Below are positions 9,100 through 19,271 of a DNA stretch of 64,000 nt, piece by piece; the first letter of the stretch is position 1; each line of letters begins with the position of its first letter. This DNA comes from an uncultured Pseudomonas sp. (GTDB taxonomy: Bacteria > Pseudomonadota > Gammaproteobacteria > Pseudomonadales > Pseudomonadaceae), in contig CAZOEC010000004.1 in assembly GCA_964578635.1 (NCBI GenBank), positions 8,268-72,267 of the forward strand, in the 5' to 3' direction. Under the pieces are notes generated by a model. That model saw nothing but the letters and a program-made list of their open reading frames with translations. It made no database searches and had not been told where the DNA came from. The translations under genes were made by a program, and so were the position numbers.

Positions 9100-12000
9100 G
9101 GCCCTTGCCGATCTTCTCTGCCAGCGATTCCACCAGCAGGTAGAACATCGGGATCAGGAAGATCGCCAGGAAGGTCGCCGCCAGCATGCCGCCGATCACC
9201 CCGGTGCCGATCGAGTGACGACTGGCCGAGCCTGCGCCCGAGCTGATCGCCAGCGGCACAACGCCGAGGATAAAGGCCAGGGAGGTCATGATGATCGGGC
9301 GGAAACGCAGGCGCGAGGCCTCCAGCGCCGACTCGAAGATGCCCATGCCCTGTTGCCGGTTGAGCACCGCGAACTCGACGATAAGGATGGCGTTCTTCGC
9401 CGCCAGACCGATCAGGGTGACCAGGCCGACCTGGAAGTACAGGTCGTTCTCGATACCGCGCAGCCACACCGCGAGAATCGCCCCGAACACCGCAAACGGC
9501 ACCGCGGTAACCACCGCCAACGGCAGGGTCCAGCGCTCGTACTGGGCGGCGAGGATCAGGAACACCATGATCAGGCCAAAGACGAAGGCACTGCTGCCCG
9601 AGCCCTGGGACGCCACTTCCTGGAAGGCCGAGCCGACCCAGCCGATGCTGTAATCGCTGCCCAGCACCTCGTCCGCCACCGCCTGGATCGCCGCCAGGGC
9701 CTGCCCGGAGCTGTAGCCAGGAGCCGGTCCGCCGAGGATCTTCGCCGCCGGGTAGACGTTGAAGCGCGCATAGGTATCCGGGCCGAGAATCCGCTCGACC
9801 TTGACCAGGCTGGCCAGCGACACCAGCTCGCCACTGGCGGCGCGCACATACACCTGGGACAGGTCTTCAGGCTTGCTGCGGAACTCCGCCTCGGCCTGCA
9901 GGCTGACCTGGAAGGTACGCCCATACAGGCTGAAATCGTTGACGTAATAGCTGCCGAAGGTCGCCTGCATGGCGGTGAACACATCGTTGACCGGTACGCC
10001 CAGGGCCCGCGCCTTGGTGCGGTCCAGGTCGATAAAGTACTGCGGCACGTTGGCGCTGAAAGTGCTCTGCACCCCGGCCAACTCAGGGCGTTTGGCCGCT
10101 GCGGCGAGGAAGGCCTGGACCTTCTCGGCCAGCTGCGCGGTGCTGCCGCCACTGCGGTCCTGAATAAAACCTTCGAAACCGCCAGTGGTGCTCATGCCGG
10201 TGATCGGCGGCGGGTTGAAGCTCATCACCACACCGTCTTTCTGCGCCGCGCCCATGCCCATGAATTCGCCGGTGAGGTTGCGTGCATCCAGCTCGGGCGT
10301 GGTGCGCTCGCTCCAGTCTTTCAGCGGTACAAAGGACACCCCGGCGTTGCTGCGGGTACCGAAGGTCAGCACGTCAAAGCCGGCAAAGGTCACCACGTTC
10401 TCCACCGCCGGGTGTTCCATCAGTTGCTGGGTCACCTCGCTGGTGAGCTTCTCGGTACGGGTCAGCGAGGCGGCGGGCGGCAGGAAGTAGGCGTTGATCA
10501 CATAGCCCTGGTCTTCATTGGGCACCAGGGAGCCGGGCACCCGGTTGAACAGCACCACGATCAGCGCAATCATCGCGCCGAACAGCAGCAGGCCGATGGC
10601 CGAACGCTTGAGGAAGAAGCGCACGCCGGCGGTGTAGCCGTTGGTCAGGCGGTCGAAGACCCGGTTGAAGGCGCGAAACGGCGCGGCCGGTTCGTGATGC
10701 CCCGGTTTGAGCAGCAAGGCGCAGAGTGCCGGGCTCAGGGTCAGGGCAACGATGCCGGAGATCAGCACCGAAATGGCGATGGTGATGGCGAACTGTTTAT
10801 ACATCTCCCCGGCCAGGCCGCCGAGGAAGCCCACCGGAATGAACACCGCGCAGAGCACCAGGACGATGGCGATAATCGGCCCGGTCACTTCCTCCATGGC
10901 CTTGATGGTCGCCTCACGCGGGCCGATCTTGTCGGTGTTCATCACCCGCTCGACGTTCTCGATCACCACAATGGCGTCGTCCACCACGATGCCGATGGCC
11001 AGCACCATGCCGAACAGGGTCAGCAGGTTGATGGAGAAACCGAGCATATACATGCCGGCAAAGGTGCCGACCAGGGAGACCGGAATGGCCAGCACCGGGA
11101 TCAGCGTGGCGCGCCAGTTCTGCAGGAAGATAAACACCACCAGCACCACCAGCACCAGGGCCTCGAAGAAGGTGTGGATCACCTCCTTGATCGACACGCG
11201 GACGAACTTGGTGGTGTCGTAGGGCACGGTATAGGTCATGCCGCTGGGGAAATTCTTCGACAGCCGCGCCAGGGTATTGCTGACCGCCTCGGCGGTGTCC
11301 AGGGCATTCGCGCCAGGTTGCAGGTACACACCGAAGGCGGCGTTCTGCTGACCGTTGAGCGAGGTCATCAGGGAGTAGTCCTGGGCCCCCAGCTCGATCC
11401 GCGCGACATCCTTGAGCAGCAGGCTGGCACCGGTGTCATCGGTACGCAGAATAACGTTCTCGAATTCCTTCGGGTCGGTAAAACGGCCCTGGGTGGTCAC
11501 CGTGTAGGTGAAGTCCTGCTCCTGCTTGAGCGGCTGCTGGCCGAAGCTGCCGGCGGCGAACTGCGAGTTCTGCTCACGAATCGCATTGACCACGTCGGTG
11601 GGCGTCAGGTTGAACTGCGCCAGCTTGTCCGGGCGCAGCCAGATGCGCATGGAGTAATCCTTCGAACCGAACTGGCTGACATCGCCCACGCCGGGCAGGC
11701 GCTTGAGCTCGTCGATCACGTTGATCAGCGCGTAGTTGCTGATATACACCGGGTCGCGCGAGCCGTCCGGCGAATACAGGGTCACCACCTGGAGGATGTC
11801 CGAGGACTTCTTCTGCACCTTGACGCCCTGCCGGCGCACTTCTTCCGGCAGCTTGGCCAGGGCGGCCTGGACGCGGTTGTTGACGTCGATGGTGGCCTGG
11901 TCCGGGTCGGTGCCGACCTGGAAGTACACCGACAGACTCATGGCATTGCCGCCGGAGTTGGACTGCTGGTAGATCATCCCCTCGACGCCGTTGATCGACT

Positions 12001-12202
12001 GTTCCAGTGGCGCGGCCACGGTTTCGGCAATCACCTGGGCGCTGGCCCCGCCATAGCTGGCGCTGACCGACACCTGCGGCGGGAGGATCTGCGGGTACTG
12101 GGCAATCGGCAGGCTGCGCATGGCCATCAGGCCCGCCAGCACGATCACAATGGAAATCACCGCGGCAAACACCGGGCGGTCGATAAAGAAGCGTGAAATC
12201 AC
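9086..12202 (-). CDS. HAE1 RND efflux permease subunit
   Basis: [45 protein letters not shown]; 1038 aa. Confidence 0.97.
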   Translation of the reverse strand: MISRFFIDRPVFAAVISIVIVLAGLMAMRSLPIAQYPQILPPQVSVSASYGGASAQVIAETVAAPLEQSINGVEGMIYQQSNSGGNAMSLSVYFQVGTDPDQATIDVNNRVQAALAKLPEEVRRQGVKVQKKSSDILQVVTLYSPDGSRDPVYISNYALINVIDELKRLPGVGDVSQFGSKDYSMRIWLRPDKLAQFNLTPTDVVNAIREQNSQFAAGSFGQQPLKQEQDFTYTVTTQGRFTDPKEFENVILRTDDTGASLLLKDVARIELGAQDYSLMTSLNGQQNAAFGVYLQPGANALDTAEAVSNTLARLSKNFPSGMTYTVPYDTTKFVRVSIKEVIHTFFEALVLVVLVVFIFLQNWRATLIPVLAIPVSLVGTFAGMYMLGFSINLLTLFGMVLAIGIVVDDAIVVIENVERVMNTDKIGPREATIKAMEEVTGPIIAIVLVLCAVFIPVGFLGGLAGEMYKQFAITIAISVLISGIVALTLSPALCALLLKPGHHEPAAPFRAFNRVFDRLTNGYTAGVRFFLKRSAIGLLLFGAMIALIVVLFNRVPGSLVPNEDQGYVINAYFLPPAASLTRTEKLTSEVTQQLMEHPAVENVVTFAGFDVLTFGTRSNAGVSFVPLKDWSERTTPELDARNLTGEFMGMGAAQKDGVVMSFNPPPITGMSTTGGFEGFIQDRSGGSTAQLAEKVQAFLAAAAKRPELAGVQSTFSANVPQYFIDLDRTKARALGVPVNDVFTAMQATFGSYYVNDFSLYGRTFQVSLQAEAEFRSKPEDLSQVYVRAASGELVSLASLVKVERILGPDTYARFNVYPAAKILGGPAPGYSSGQALAAIQAVADEVLGSDYSIGWVGSAFQEVASQGSGSSAFVFGLIMVFLILAAQYERWTLPLAVVTAVPFAVFGAILAVWLRGIENDLYFQVGLVTLIGLAAKNAILIVEFAVLNRQQGMGIFESALEASRLRFRPIIMTSLAFILGVVPLAISSGAGSASRHSIGTGVIGGMLAATFLAIFLIPMFYLLVESLAEKIGKGRRVG

Positions 12203-12214
12203 CGGGAACGCTCC

Positions 12215-13354
12215 TTAGGATTGGCTGGCGGCGGGGGCGACAACTTTTACCGGGCTGTCCGGACGGACCTTGGGCAGCCCCTCGACTATCACCCGCTCAC
12301 CGGCGCTGATGCCGGAAACGATCACCCAGCGGCCCTTGGCGGTATGCCCGGTGGTGACCTGACGCATGCGCGCCACGCCGCCCTCATCCACCACGTAGAC
12401 GAAGGTGCCACCCGGACCCTGGGCCACGGCACGCTCCGGCAGGGTCATGGCATTGGGCATGTTCAAGCCCAGAACCCGCACCCGCACGAACTGTCCCGGC
12501 AGCAGCTTCTGCTCGGGGTTGGGCACCACGGCGCGGGCGCTGACGGTGCCGGTGCCGCGGTCGATCAGGCTGTCGGTAAAGTCCACCTTGCCTTCCAGCG
12601 GGTAGACCGCACCGTCACCCAGGGTGATCTGCACACTCATCTTGCCGTCTTCGGGCAGCACCAGAGTGCCGTTCTGCAGGCCGCTGCGCACGCCTTCCAC
12701 ATCGGAGTCCGGCGCGGCGAAGTTGACGTAGATGGGATCGAGCTGGGTGATATTGCTCAGCAGGCTGGCATTCGGGTCGCCGGCCACCATCAGGCTGCCT
12801 TCGGAGACGGTTTCCTTGCTGGTGATCCCGGAAATCGGCGCTTTCACCGTGGTGTAGTCGAGGTCGATCTGCTTGGACAGCACCTCGGCCTCGGCAGCCT
12901 GGATATTGGCCTTGCTCTGTTCGAAGTTGGAAATGGCGTTGTCCAGCTCGCTCTCGCTGGCAAAGCCCTTCTTCTGCAGCTCGCGGATGCGTTTGAGGTC
13001 ACGCTCGGTCTGCCGGTAGCGCGCCTGCTCCTGAGCCAGTGCGCCCTTGGCGCGGCTCAATGCGGCCTGGTAGGTACGCGGGTCGATGCGGAACATCACC
13101 TGGCCCTGCTTGACCTGACTGCCCTCCAGATAAGTGCGCTCCTGCAGGATGCCACTGACCTGGGCACGCACCTGCACCTCGCGGTAGCCGGCGGTACGGG
13201 CCGAATATTCGAGTTCAAGAGGCAACGCCTCAACCTTGACGGTTTCCACCACCACCTCGGGTGCAGGTGGCGCATCGGCGGCCTGCAACGCGGGCGCAAG
13301 GGATACAAACAGCAAAGCCCCGAGGGTAACGGGGAAATGACGGGAAAAAAGCAT
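12215..13354 (-). CDS. RND periplasmic adaptor (MFP) subunit
   Basis: VRAQVSG, YTTVKAPISG, QLDPIYVNF, LLPGQFV motifs. Confidence 0.95.
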   Translation of the reverse strand: MLFSRHFPVTLGALLFVSLAPALQAADAPPAPEVVVETVKVEALPLELEYSARTAGYREVQVRAQVSGILQERTYLEGSQVKQGQVMFRIDPRTYQAALSRAKGALAQEQARYRQTERDLKRIRELQKKGFASESELDNAISNFEQSKANIQAAEAEVLSKQIDLDYTTVKAPISGITSKETVSEGSLMVAGDPNASLLSNITQLDPIYVNFAAPDSDVEGVRSGLQNGTLVLPEDGKMSVQITLGDGAVYPLEGKVDFTDSLIDRGTGTVSARAVVPNPEQKLLPGQFVRVRVLGLNMPNAMTLPERAVAQGPGGTFVYVVDEGGVARMRQVTTGHTAKGRWVIVSGISAGERVIVEGLPKVRPDSPVKVVAPAASQS

Positions 13355-13402
13355 GAGTGTCTCCGGGGCAAAGCGGGGCGCTTCATTTGAGACCGGCAAT
13401 GC

Positions 13403-13430
13403 TAGATACATACACAAGCGTTTGTAAATA
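13403..13430. promoter_or_regulatory. Putative TetR (NalD/TtgR/AcrR-type) operator
   Basis: Minus strand TATTTACAAACGCTTGTGTATGTATCTA, an imperfect dyad between the divergent MFP and TetR genes. Confidence 0.6.
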
Positions 13431-13502
13431 GAACATTACCCTTAACTTCATTACACTTTGTCCACCAACGCCTTGAGCCTAGCCAGAAATCAGCCTGCCG
13501 CC

Positions 13503-14147
13503 ATGCGCCGAACCAAAGAAGAAGCCGAGAAAACCCGCTGCGCCATCCTGGCGGCCGCCGAAACCCTGTTTCTGGAAAAAGGCGTGGCGCATACCAGCCT
13601 GGAACATATCGCCCGCCACGCCGGGGTAACCCGCGGCGCGGTGTATTGGCACTTTGCCAACAAGGCTGATCTGTTCAACGCCATGCTCAATCAGGTGCGC
13701 CTGCCGCCGGAACAGCTGGCCGAACGGATGCGCGGCTGCCCCGAGCACGACCCGCTGCAGACCCTGCGCGAGCTGTGCATCGAGGCCATCGAGAACCTGG
13801 CTCGCGAACCGCAGAAGAAGCGCATCTTCACCATCCTGCTGCGCAGGTGTGAGTTCACCGCAGAACTGCGCGAGGCCGAAGAGCGCCAAGAGGCCTTTAT
13901 CAACCTGTTTATCGCGCTCTGCGAGCAGCAGTTCAACACGCCATCAGTGCGCCTGCGCCTGCATGCCGGGCTGACGCCGCGTCTGGCCGCGCGCACCGTG
14001 CATGCCTTGATAGTCGGTTTGTTCCACGACTGGTCGCGCGACCCCAATCTGTTCGACCCGCTCAGCGACGCCGCGCCCATGATCGATGCCTGCTTTCGCG
14101 GGCTGATCCGCGACTGGCCAACCGCCGCAGTGCTTACGCCAGGCTGA
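13503..14147 (+). CDS. nalD: TetR family repressor, NalD-like
   Basis: MRRTKE..EKTR.AIL.AAE.LFLEKGV.HTSLE.IAR.AGVTRGAVYWHF, MLNQVRLPPEQL and RCEFT.ELREA match recalled NalD along the full length. Confidence 0.8.
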   Translation: MRRTKEEAEKTRCAILAAAETLFLEKGVAHTSLEHIARHAGVTRGAVYWHFANKADLFNAMLNQVRLPPEQLAERMRGCPEHDPLQTLRELCIEAIENLAREPQKKRIFTILLRRCEFTAELREAEERQEAFINLFIALCEQQFNTPSVRLRLHAGLTPRLAARTVHALIVGLFHDWSRDPNLFDPLSDAAPMIDACFRGLIRDWPTAAVLTPG

Positions 14148-14346
14148 CGCCGTAGCCCTGCTCGACGATCGCCACCATCAGCTGATCCACCGCCACAGTG
14201 CTGCTCACCCGCACTTCGCCACCGGGAAACTTCACCTTCACATCAGCCGCCGGGTCGCAGGCCAACAGCGCCTCGGTGATGGTCTTGACGCAATGCTGGC
14301 AAGTCATGCCATCGACCCGGAATGCGTGAACCTGAGATACCTGCAT
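14134..14346 (-). CDS. copZ: HMA-domain copper chaperone
   Basis: GMTCQHC motif, AGGAG RBS, divergent from copA. Confidence 0.88.
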   Translation of the reverse strand: MQVSQVHAFRVDGMTCQHCVKTITEALLACDPAADVKVKFPGGEVRVSSTVAVDQLMVAIVEQGYGVSLA

Positions 14347-14375
14347 CTTTACTCTCCTGCTTGAATGAATGACCG

Positions 14376-14503
14376 CTAGTGTGTGCACATGTCGCAAACC
14401 TGTAGGAGCACGCCATGCGTGCGAATCGCCGGCATGGCGGAGTGCCGTCCAGCAGCTCCTACAACCCGGACTCCACGACAAATGCTCTGTGACGCGACAC
14501 TAG
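14376..14503. mobile_element. Small CTAG-flanked insertion carrying a GTAGGAGC...GCTCCTAC REP hairpin
   Basis: CTAGTGT at 14376 and 14500; end GTGACGCGACACTAG; internal REP at 14402-14462. Confidence 0.5.
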
Positions 14504-14532
14504 TGTCAGGCTTGCCCCATGGGTAAGGTCAA
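14502..14532 (-). promoter_or_regulatory. CueR-dependent promoter of copZ
   Basis: TTGACC-19 nt-GACACT with ACCTTACC..GGCAAGCC dyad in the spacer. Confidence 0.75.
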
Positions 14533-14547
14533 GGCATAAAACAACGC

Positions 14548-14578
14548 TTGACCTTGCCAGCATGGCAAGGTTGATCCT
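14548..14578 (+). promoter_or_regulatory. CueR-dependent promoter of copA
   Basis: TTGACC-19 nt-GATCCT with dyad ACCTTGCCA-GCA-TGGCAAGGT. Confidence 0.85.
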
Positions 14579-14605
14579 GTGCTGGAACTCAATGGAGGAC
14601 CACCC

Positions 14606-16993
14606 ATGTCCAGCCTTACCACCTTCGACCTGCCGATCAGCGGCATGACCTGTGCCAGTTGCGCCGGACGCGTCGAACGCGCCCTGACCAAGGTGGCCGA
14701 GGTCGCCACGGTCAGCGTCAACCTGGCCAGCGAGCAGGCACGCATCCAGGCCCCGGCCGACAGCCTGGAGCGCCTGGTGCACGCCGTCGAAAGCGCCGGT
14801 TACCAGGTACCCAGCGAACGTCTGGAGCTGAATCTTAAAGGCATGACCTGCGCCAGCTGCGCCGGGCGTATCGAACGCGCCCTGGCCAAGCAGCCGGGGG
14901 TGCTGTCGGTCAGCGTCAACCTGGCCAGCGAGCGCGCGCAAGTGCAGATTGTCCGCGGTCTCGACCCACAAACCCTGCTGAGCGCGGTGCAGCAGGCCGG
15001 CTATAGCGCCAGCCTGGTGGACGCCGAGCGCCCCGCACAGGCCGGGGCCGAGCGCCAGCTGCAAGGCGAACGCTGGGCGCTGGGCCTGGCCATGCTGCTG
15101 ACCCTGCCGCTGGTGGTGCCGATGCTTGCCGAGCCCTTCGGCCTGCACTGGATGCTGCCGGCTTGGCTGCAGTTCGCCCTGGCCACCCCGGTGCAGTTCG
15201 TCTTCGGCGCGCGCTTCTACCGCGCGGCCTGGAGTGCCCTGCGCGCCCGGGCCGGGAATATGGATCAGTTGGTGGCCATCGGCACCAGCGCCGCCTACGG
15301 CCTGAGCCTCTATCAATGGGCGATAAGCCCACCCGGCAGCATGCCCCATCTGTATTTCGAAGCCTCGGCGGTGATCATCACCCTGATCCTGCTGGGCAAA
15401 TACCTGGAAAGCCGCGCCAAACGCCAGACCAGTAGCGCCATCCGCGCCCTGCAGGCCCTGCGCCCGGAGCGCGCCTTGCGCCTGCAAGATGGCGTCGAAC
15501 AATGGGTGGCGCTGGGTGAGCTGCAACTGGGCGACGCCATAGTGGTCAAGCCCGGCGAGCGTTTCCCGGTCGACGGACGGGTTACCCAAGGCCAGAGCCA
15601 TGCCGACGAGGCGCTGATCAGCGGCGAGAGCCTGCCGCAGCCCAAACAGCCGGGAGACAGCGTCACCGCCGGGGCGATCAACGGTGAAGGCCGCCTGCTG
15701 GTGGAAACCACCGCCCTGGGTGCGGAAACCGTGCTGGCGCGGATTATCCGCCTGGTGGAGGACGCCCAGGCAGCCAAGGCACCGATCCAGAAGCTGGTGG
15801 ACAAGGTCAGTCAGATCTTCGTGCCCAGCGTGCTGCTGATCGCCCTGGCCACCCTGCTGGTCTGGCTGCTGCTCGGCGCGGGTATCGAAACCGCGCTGCT
15901 CAATGCCGTAGCCGTGCTGGTGATCGCCTGCCCCTGCGCCCTGGGCCTGGCCACCCCCACCGCAATCATGGCTGGCACCGGCGTGGCGGCGCGCCACGGC
16001 ATCCTGATCAAGGACGCCGAAGCCCTGGAAATCGCCCACTCGGTGACCCTGGTGGCCTTCGACAAGACCGGCACCCTGACCTCGGGCGCGCCGCGCATCG
16101 CCCATATGACCGCGCTCGACGGCGACAGCGCAGCCCTGCTGCAACTGGCCGGTGCCCTGCAGCGCGGCAGCGAACACTCGCTGGCCAAGGCCGTGCTGGA
16201 TGCCTGCACCCAGCAACAGCTGGAACTGGCCGAGGTCAGCGAAAGTAAGGCCCTGGCCGGACGCGGCATCGCCGGGCGAATAGGCGAACGGCAACTGGCC
16301 CTGGGCAACAAGCGCCTGCTCGACGAGCAGCAGCTGCACCACGACGCCCTGGCCGCCGACGCCCAGGCCTGGGAAGCCGAAGGCCGCACCCTGTCCTGGC
16401 TGCTGGAGCTGGCACCGCAACCGCGGGTGCTGGGCCTGTTCGCCTTTGGCGACACCCTGAAGGAAGGCGCAGGCGAAGCCATCGCCGCGCTGAACGCCCA
16501 GGGCATCGCCAGCCACCTGATCAGCGGCGACAACCAGGGCAGCGTCCAGGCAGTGGCCCAGACCCTGGGCATCACGGCGGCCCATGCCGAAGTGCTACCG
16601 GCGGACAAGGCGGCGATCATCGCCGAGCTGAAGAAAGACGCGGTGGTGGCCATGGTCGGCGACGGCATCAACGACGCCCCGGCCCTGGCCGCCGCCGATG
16701 TTGGCATTGCCATGGGCAGCGGCACCGATGTGGCCATGCACGCCGCCGGCATCACCCTGATGCGTGGCGACCCGCGTCTGGTGGCCGACGCCCTGGATAT
16801 CAGCCGACGCACCTACAACAAGATCCGCCAGAACCTGTTCTGGGCCTTCGCCTATAACCTGGTCGGCATTCCCCTGGCGGCCGCCGGCCTGCTCAACCCG
16901 ATGCTCGCCGGCGCGGCCATGGCACTGTCCAGCGTCAGCGTGGTGAGCAATGCCTTGCTGCTGAAAACCTGGAAGCCCAAAGATCGCCCCTAA
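14606..16993 (+). CDS. copA: Cu(I)-exporting P1B-type ATPase
   Basis: Two GMTCASC domains, [18 protein letters not shown] and MALSS motifs. Confidence 0.96.
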   Translation: MSSLTTFDLPISGMTCASCAGRVERALTKVAEVATVSVNLASEQARIQAPADSLERLVHAVESAGYQVPSERLELNLKGMTCASCAGRIERALAKQPGVLSVSVNLASERAQVQIVRGLDPQTLLSAVQQAGYSASLVDAERPAQAGAERQLQGERWALGLAMLLTLPLVVPMLAEPFGLHWMLPAWLQFALATPVQFVFGARFYRAAWSALRARAGNMDQLVAIGTSAAYGLSLYQWAISPPGSMPHLYFEASAVIITLILLGKYLESRAKRQTSSAIRALQALRPERALRLQDGVEQWVALGELQLGDAIVVKPGERFPVDGRVTQGQSHADEALISGESLPQPKQPGDSVTAGAINGEGRLLVETTALGAETVLARIIRLVEDAQAAKAPIQKLVDKVSQIFVPSVLLIALATLLVWLLLGAGIETALLNAVAVLVIACPCALGLATPTAIMAGTGVAARHGILIKDAEALEIAHSVTLVAFDKTGTLTSGAPRIAHMTALDGDSAALLQLAGALQRGSEHSLAKAVLDACTQQQLELAEVSESKALAGRGIAGRIGERQLALGNKRLLDEQQLHHDALAADAQAWEAEGRTLSWLLELAPQPRVLGLFAFGDTLKEGAGEAIAALNAQGIASHLISGDNQGSVQAVAQTLGITAAHAEVLPADKAAIIAELKKDAVVAMVGDGINDAPALAAADVGIAMGSGTDVAMHAAGITLMRGDPRLVADALDISRRTYNKIRQNLFWAFAYNLVGIPLAAAGLLNPMLAGAAMALSSVSVVSNALLLKTWKPKDRP

Positions 16994-16998
16994 CCCCA

Positions 16999-17086
16999 AT
17001 CGCGGCCATGGGACTGGGCGTCCCCGCCGCTCCTACACGACGAGCGAATACACGATAACCCCGTAGGAGCGGGCCATGCCCGCGAT
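16999..17086. repeat. REP pair (GCTCCTAC / GTAGGAGC)
   Basis: Inverted GTAGGAGC-type REPs between copA and cueR. Confidence 0.7.
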
Positions 17087-17127
17087 CACGATTTCACGGA
17101 CAGACCGCAAGATAGGAGGCAAGAAAG

Positions 17128-17526
17128 ATGAATATCGGCCAAGCCGCCAAGCAAACCGGCCTTAGCGCCAAGATGATCCGCTACTACGAGAGCATCGACC
17201 TGCTGCCCGCCGCCGGCCGCACCGACAGCGGCTACCGCCAGTACAGCGCGCAGGACCTGCATCGCCTGGCCTTTATCAAACGCTCGCGCGATCTGGGTTT
17301 TTCCCTGGCCGAAGTCAGCCAGCTGCTGGCCCTGTGGCAGGACCGCCAGCGCGCCAGCGCCGACGTCAAGGCCCTGGCCGCCGGGCATATCGCCGAACTG
17401 GAACGCAAGATCGAGGAACTCAGCGGCCTGCGCGACACCCTCAAGGAGTTGATGGACAACTGCCAAGGCAACGACCGCCCGGACTGCCCGATCCTCAAGG
17501 ATCTGGAGTCTGGTTGCTGTCATTAA
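17128..17526 (+). CDS. cueR: Cu(I)-responsive MerR family regulator
   Basis: MNIGQAAK..KMIRYYE, CQGNDRPDCPI metal loop, C-terminal CCH. Confidence 0.95.
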   Translation: MNIGQAAKQTGLSAKMIRYYESIDLLPAAGRTDSGYRQYSAQDLHRLAFIKRSRDLGFSLAEVSQLLALWQDRQRASADVKALAAGHIAELERKIEELSGLRDTLKELMDNCQGNDRPDCPILKDLESGCCH

Positions 17527-17544
17527 CAGACGCTGCGATTAACC

Positions 17545-17623
17545 GTAGCCCGGATGCAATCCGGGGGCATTCTCAGATACGCAAGCCCACCGTCCCGGAT
17601 TGCGCTGCGCTTATCCAGGCTAC
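17545..17623. repeat. REP doublet GTAGCCCGGATGCAATCCGGG
   Basis: Inverted pair ending in CCAGGCTAC; family recurs at 53958-54196. Confidence 0.8.
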
Positions 17624-17638
17624 ATGACTGCATCTGCC

Positions 17639-18226
17639 CTACAAGGCGCGCTGCAACGCCCGGCAATCCACCGCGAAATGATCGGCCAGCTCCGGCCAGG
17701 GGTTTTCCGTCAGGTTGACCAACACGCTGCGCGCCCCGGCAGCGCGGGCGCATTCCAGGTCGAAGCGGTAATCACCGACCATCACCAGCTCGCTCGGCGC
17801 GACCTGCCAGGCCTGGGCGAAATGCAGCAGGCCGCCGGGATCGGGCTTGGGCGGTGCCTCATCGCGGCCGATCACATCCGGCACGGCAAAGCAGTCATCC
17901 AGACCGATGGCGCGAAGGGTCAGCAACGCCAGCTCATGGGCGTTGCGGGTGAGGATGCCGAGGCGACAACCCCGGCCGTGCAGCTCGCGCACCAGTTCAA
18001 TCGCCCCAGGGGCCGGCTCGGCGGCCAGCGCCAGTTCACGCTCATGCTCCAGCAGCCAGGCGTGTTTGGCCGCGGCCACCGCCTCGGGCAGCGCGGCCAG
18101 ATGGCCGAGGATGTCGTCCTCCAGAGGAATATCCAGCGCTCGCTTGATCGCCTCGAAGTCGTGCACCGCCAGGGTCAGGGTGCCATCCATATCGAACACC
18201 CAGTGCTTCGCACTGCTCAGGCTCAC
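17639..18226 (-). CDS. HAD family hydrolase
   Basis: FDMDGTL, LTRN, KPDP, VGDY.FD. Confidence 0.92.
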   Translation of the reverse strand: MSLSSAKHWVFDMDGTLTLAVHDFEAIKRALDIPLEDDILGHLAALPEAVAAAKHAWLLEHERELALAAEPAPGAIELVRELHGRGCRLGILTRNAHELALLTLRAIGLDDCFAVPDVIGRDEAPPKPDPGGLLHFAQAWQVAPSELVMVGDYRFDLECARAAGARSVLVNLTENPWPELADHFAVDCRALQRAL

Positions 18227-19092
18227 TTCCAGTCCTCACGCACGCGAGTCAGCCCCTCTTGGGCGACGGAGGCGACCAGCTGGCCCCGGCGATTGAAGAT
18301 GCTGCCGCGGGAGAAACCGCGAGCATTGCCGGCCCAGGGGCTGTCCATGCTGTACAGCAGCCAGTCGTCCATGCGCAGGTTGCCGTGGAACCACAGCGAG
18401 TGGTCGAGGCTGGCGACCTGCATAAACTTCTGGAACACCGACACGCCATGGGGCTGCATCGAGGTGGTCAGCAGATTGAAGTCGCTGGCGTAGGCCAGCA
18501 GCAGCTTGTGCAGCTGCGGCTCGTCCGGCAGTTCGCCGGCGGCGCGGAACCACACATGCTTGACCGGCTCGCAGGGCTTGGGCGCAAAGGGATTGATCAG
18601 CGTCACCGGGCGGATTTCGATGGGTTTGTCGCTGGTGGCACGCTCGCGCATGCGCTCGGGAATCATCGCCTCGACCAGGCGCGCCAGCTCGGTTTCCGAC
18701 TTCAGCTCTTCCGGCCCCGGCACTTCCGGCATCGGGTTCTGGTGATGAAAGCCTTCTTCATCGAACTGGAACGACGCACTGCAGGTAAAGATCGGCTTGC
18801 CCTTCTGAATCGCCGTCACCCGCCGCGTGCTGAAACTGCCGCCATCGCGCACCCGGTCAACCTGATAGACCACCGGCAAGGTGGCATCACCCGGGCGCAG
18901 AAAGTAGCCGTGCATGGAATGCACATGGCGCGCCGTATCCACCGTCTGGCTGGCCGCCGAGACGCACTGGCCCAGCACCTGGCCGCCATACAACTGGCGA
19001 AAGCCGAGGTCCTGACTGACCCCGCGGAATAGATTTTCTTCGATGGTTTCCAGGGTCAGCAGGGCGACCAACTCATTCAACACCTGACTCAT
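18223..19092 (-). CDS. tesB: Acyl-CoA thioesterase II
   Basis: YGGQVLGQ, HGYFLRPG, RDGGSFSTRRV, ASLDHS, QEG. Confidence 0.95.
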   Translation of the reverse strand: MSQVLNELVALLTLETIEENLFRGVSQDLGFRQLYGGQVLGQCVSAASQTVDTARHVHSMHGYFLRPGDATLPVVYQVDRVRDGGSFSTRRVTAIQKGKPIFTCSASFQFDEEGFHHQNPMPEVPGPEELKSETELARLVEAMIPERMRERATSDKPIEIRPVTLINPFAPKPCEPVKHVWFRAAGELPDEPQLHKLLLAYASDFNLLTTSMQPHGVSVFQKFMQVASLDHSLWFHGNLRMDDWLLYSMDSPWAGNARGFSRGSIFNRRGQLVASVAQEGLTRVREDWK

Positions 19093-19271
19093 GCATGCTC
19101 TCCTGTAAACGCACTGGGGGCGAGATGGTAAAGCCTTTACCAAGGCTTGTCGGCCCGACTGAAAGATGGATGCGGACAATAATGGCAGCATTCTAGCCAA
19201 TAGACCGCTGGGCTTGAGCGTAAGCAGAGCCTGCCGCCATACTTCGGCCACTTCCGCTTGAGCCCGCCACC

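Noticed and set aside
9074..12196. 1040-aa plus-strand ORF and other long antisense ORFs (e.g. 14459-16585, 22427-23953, 51317-53299, 61602-63050)
   Set aside because: Shadow frames opposite well-supported genes, expected from high-GC codon bias; no motifs
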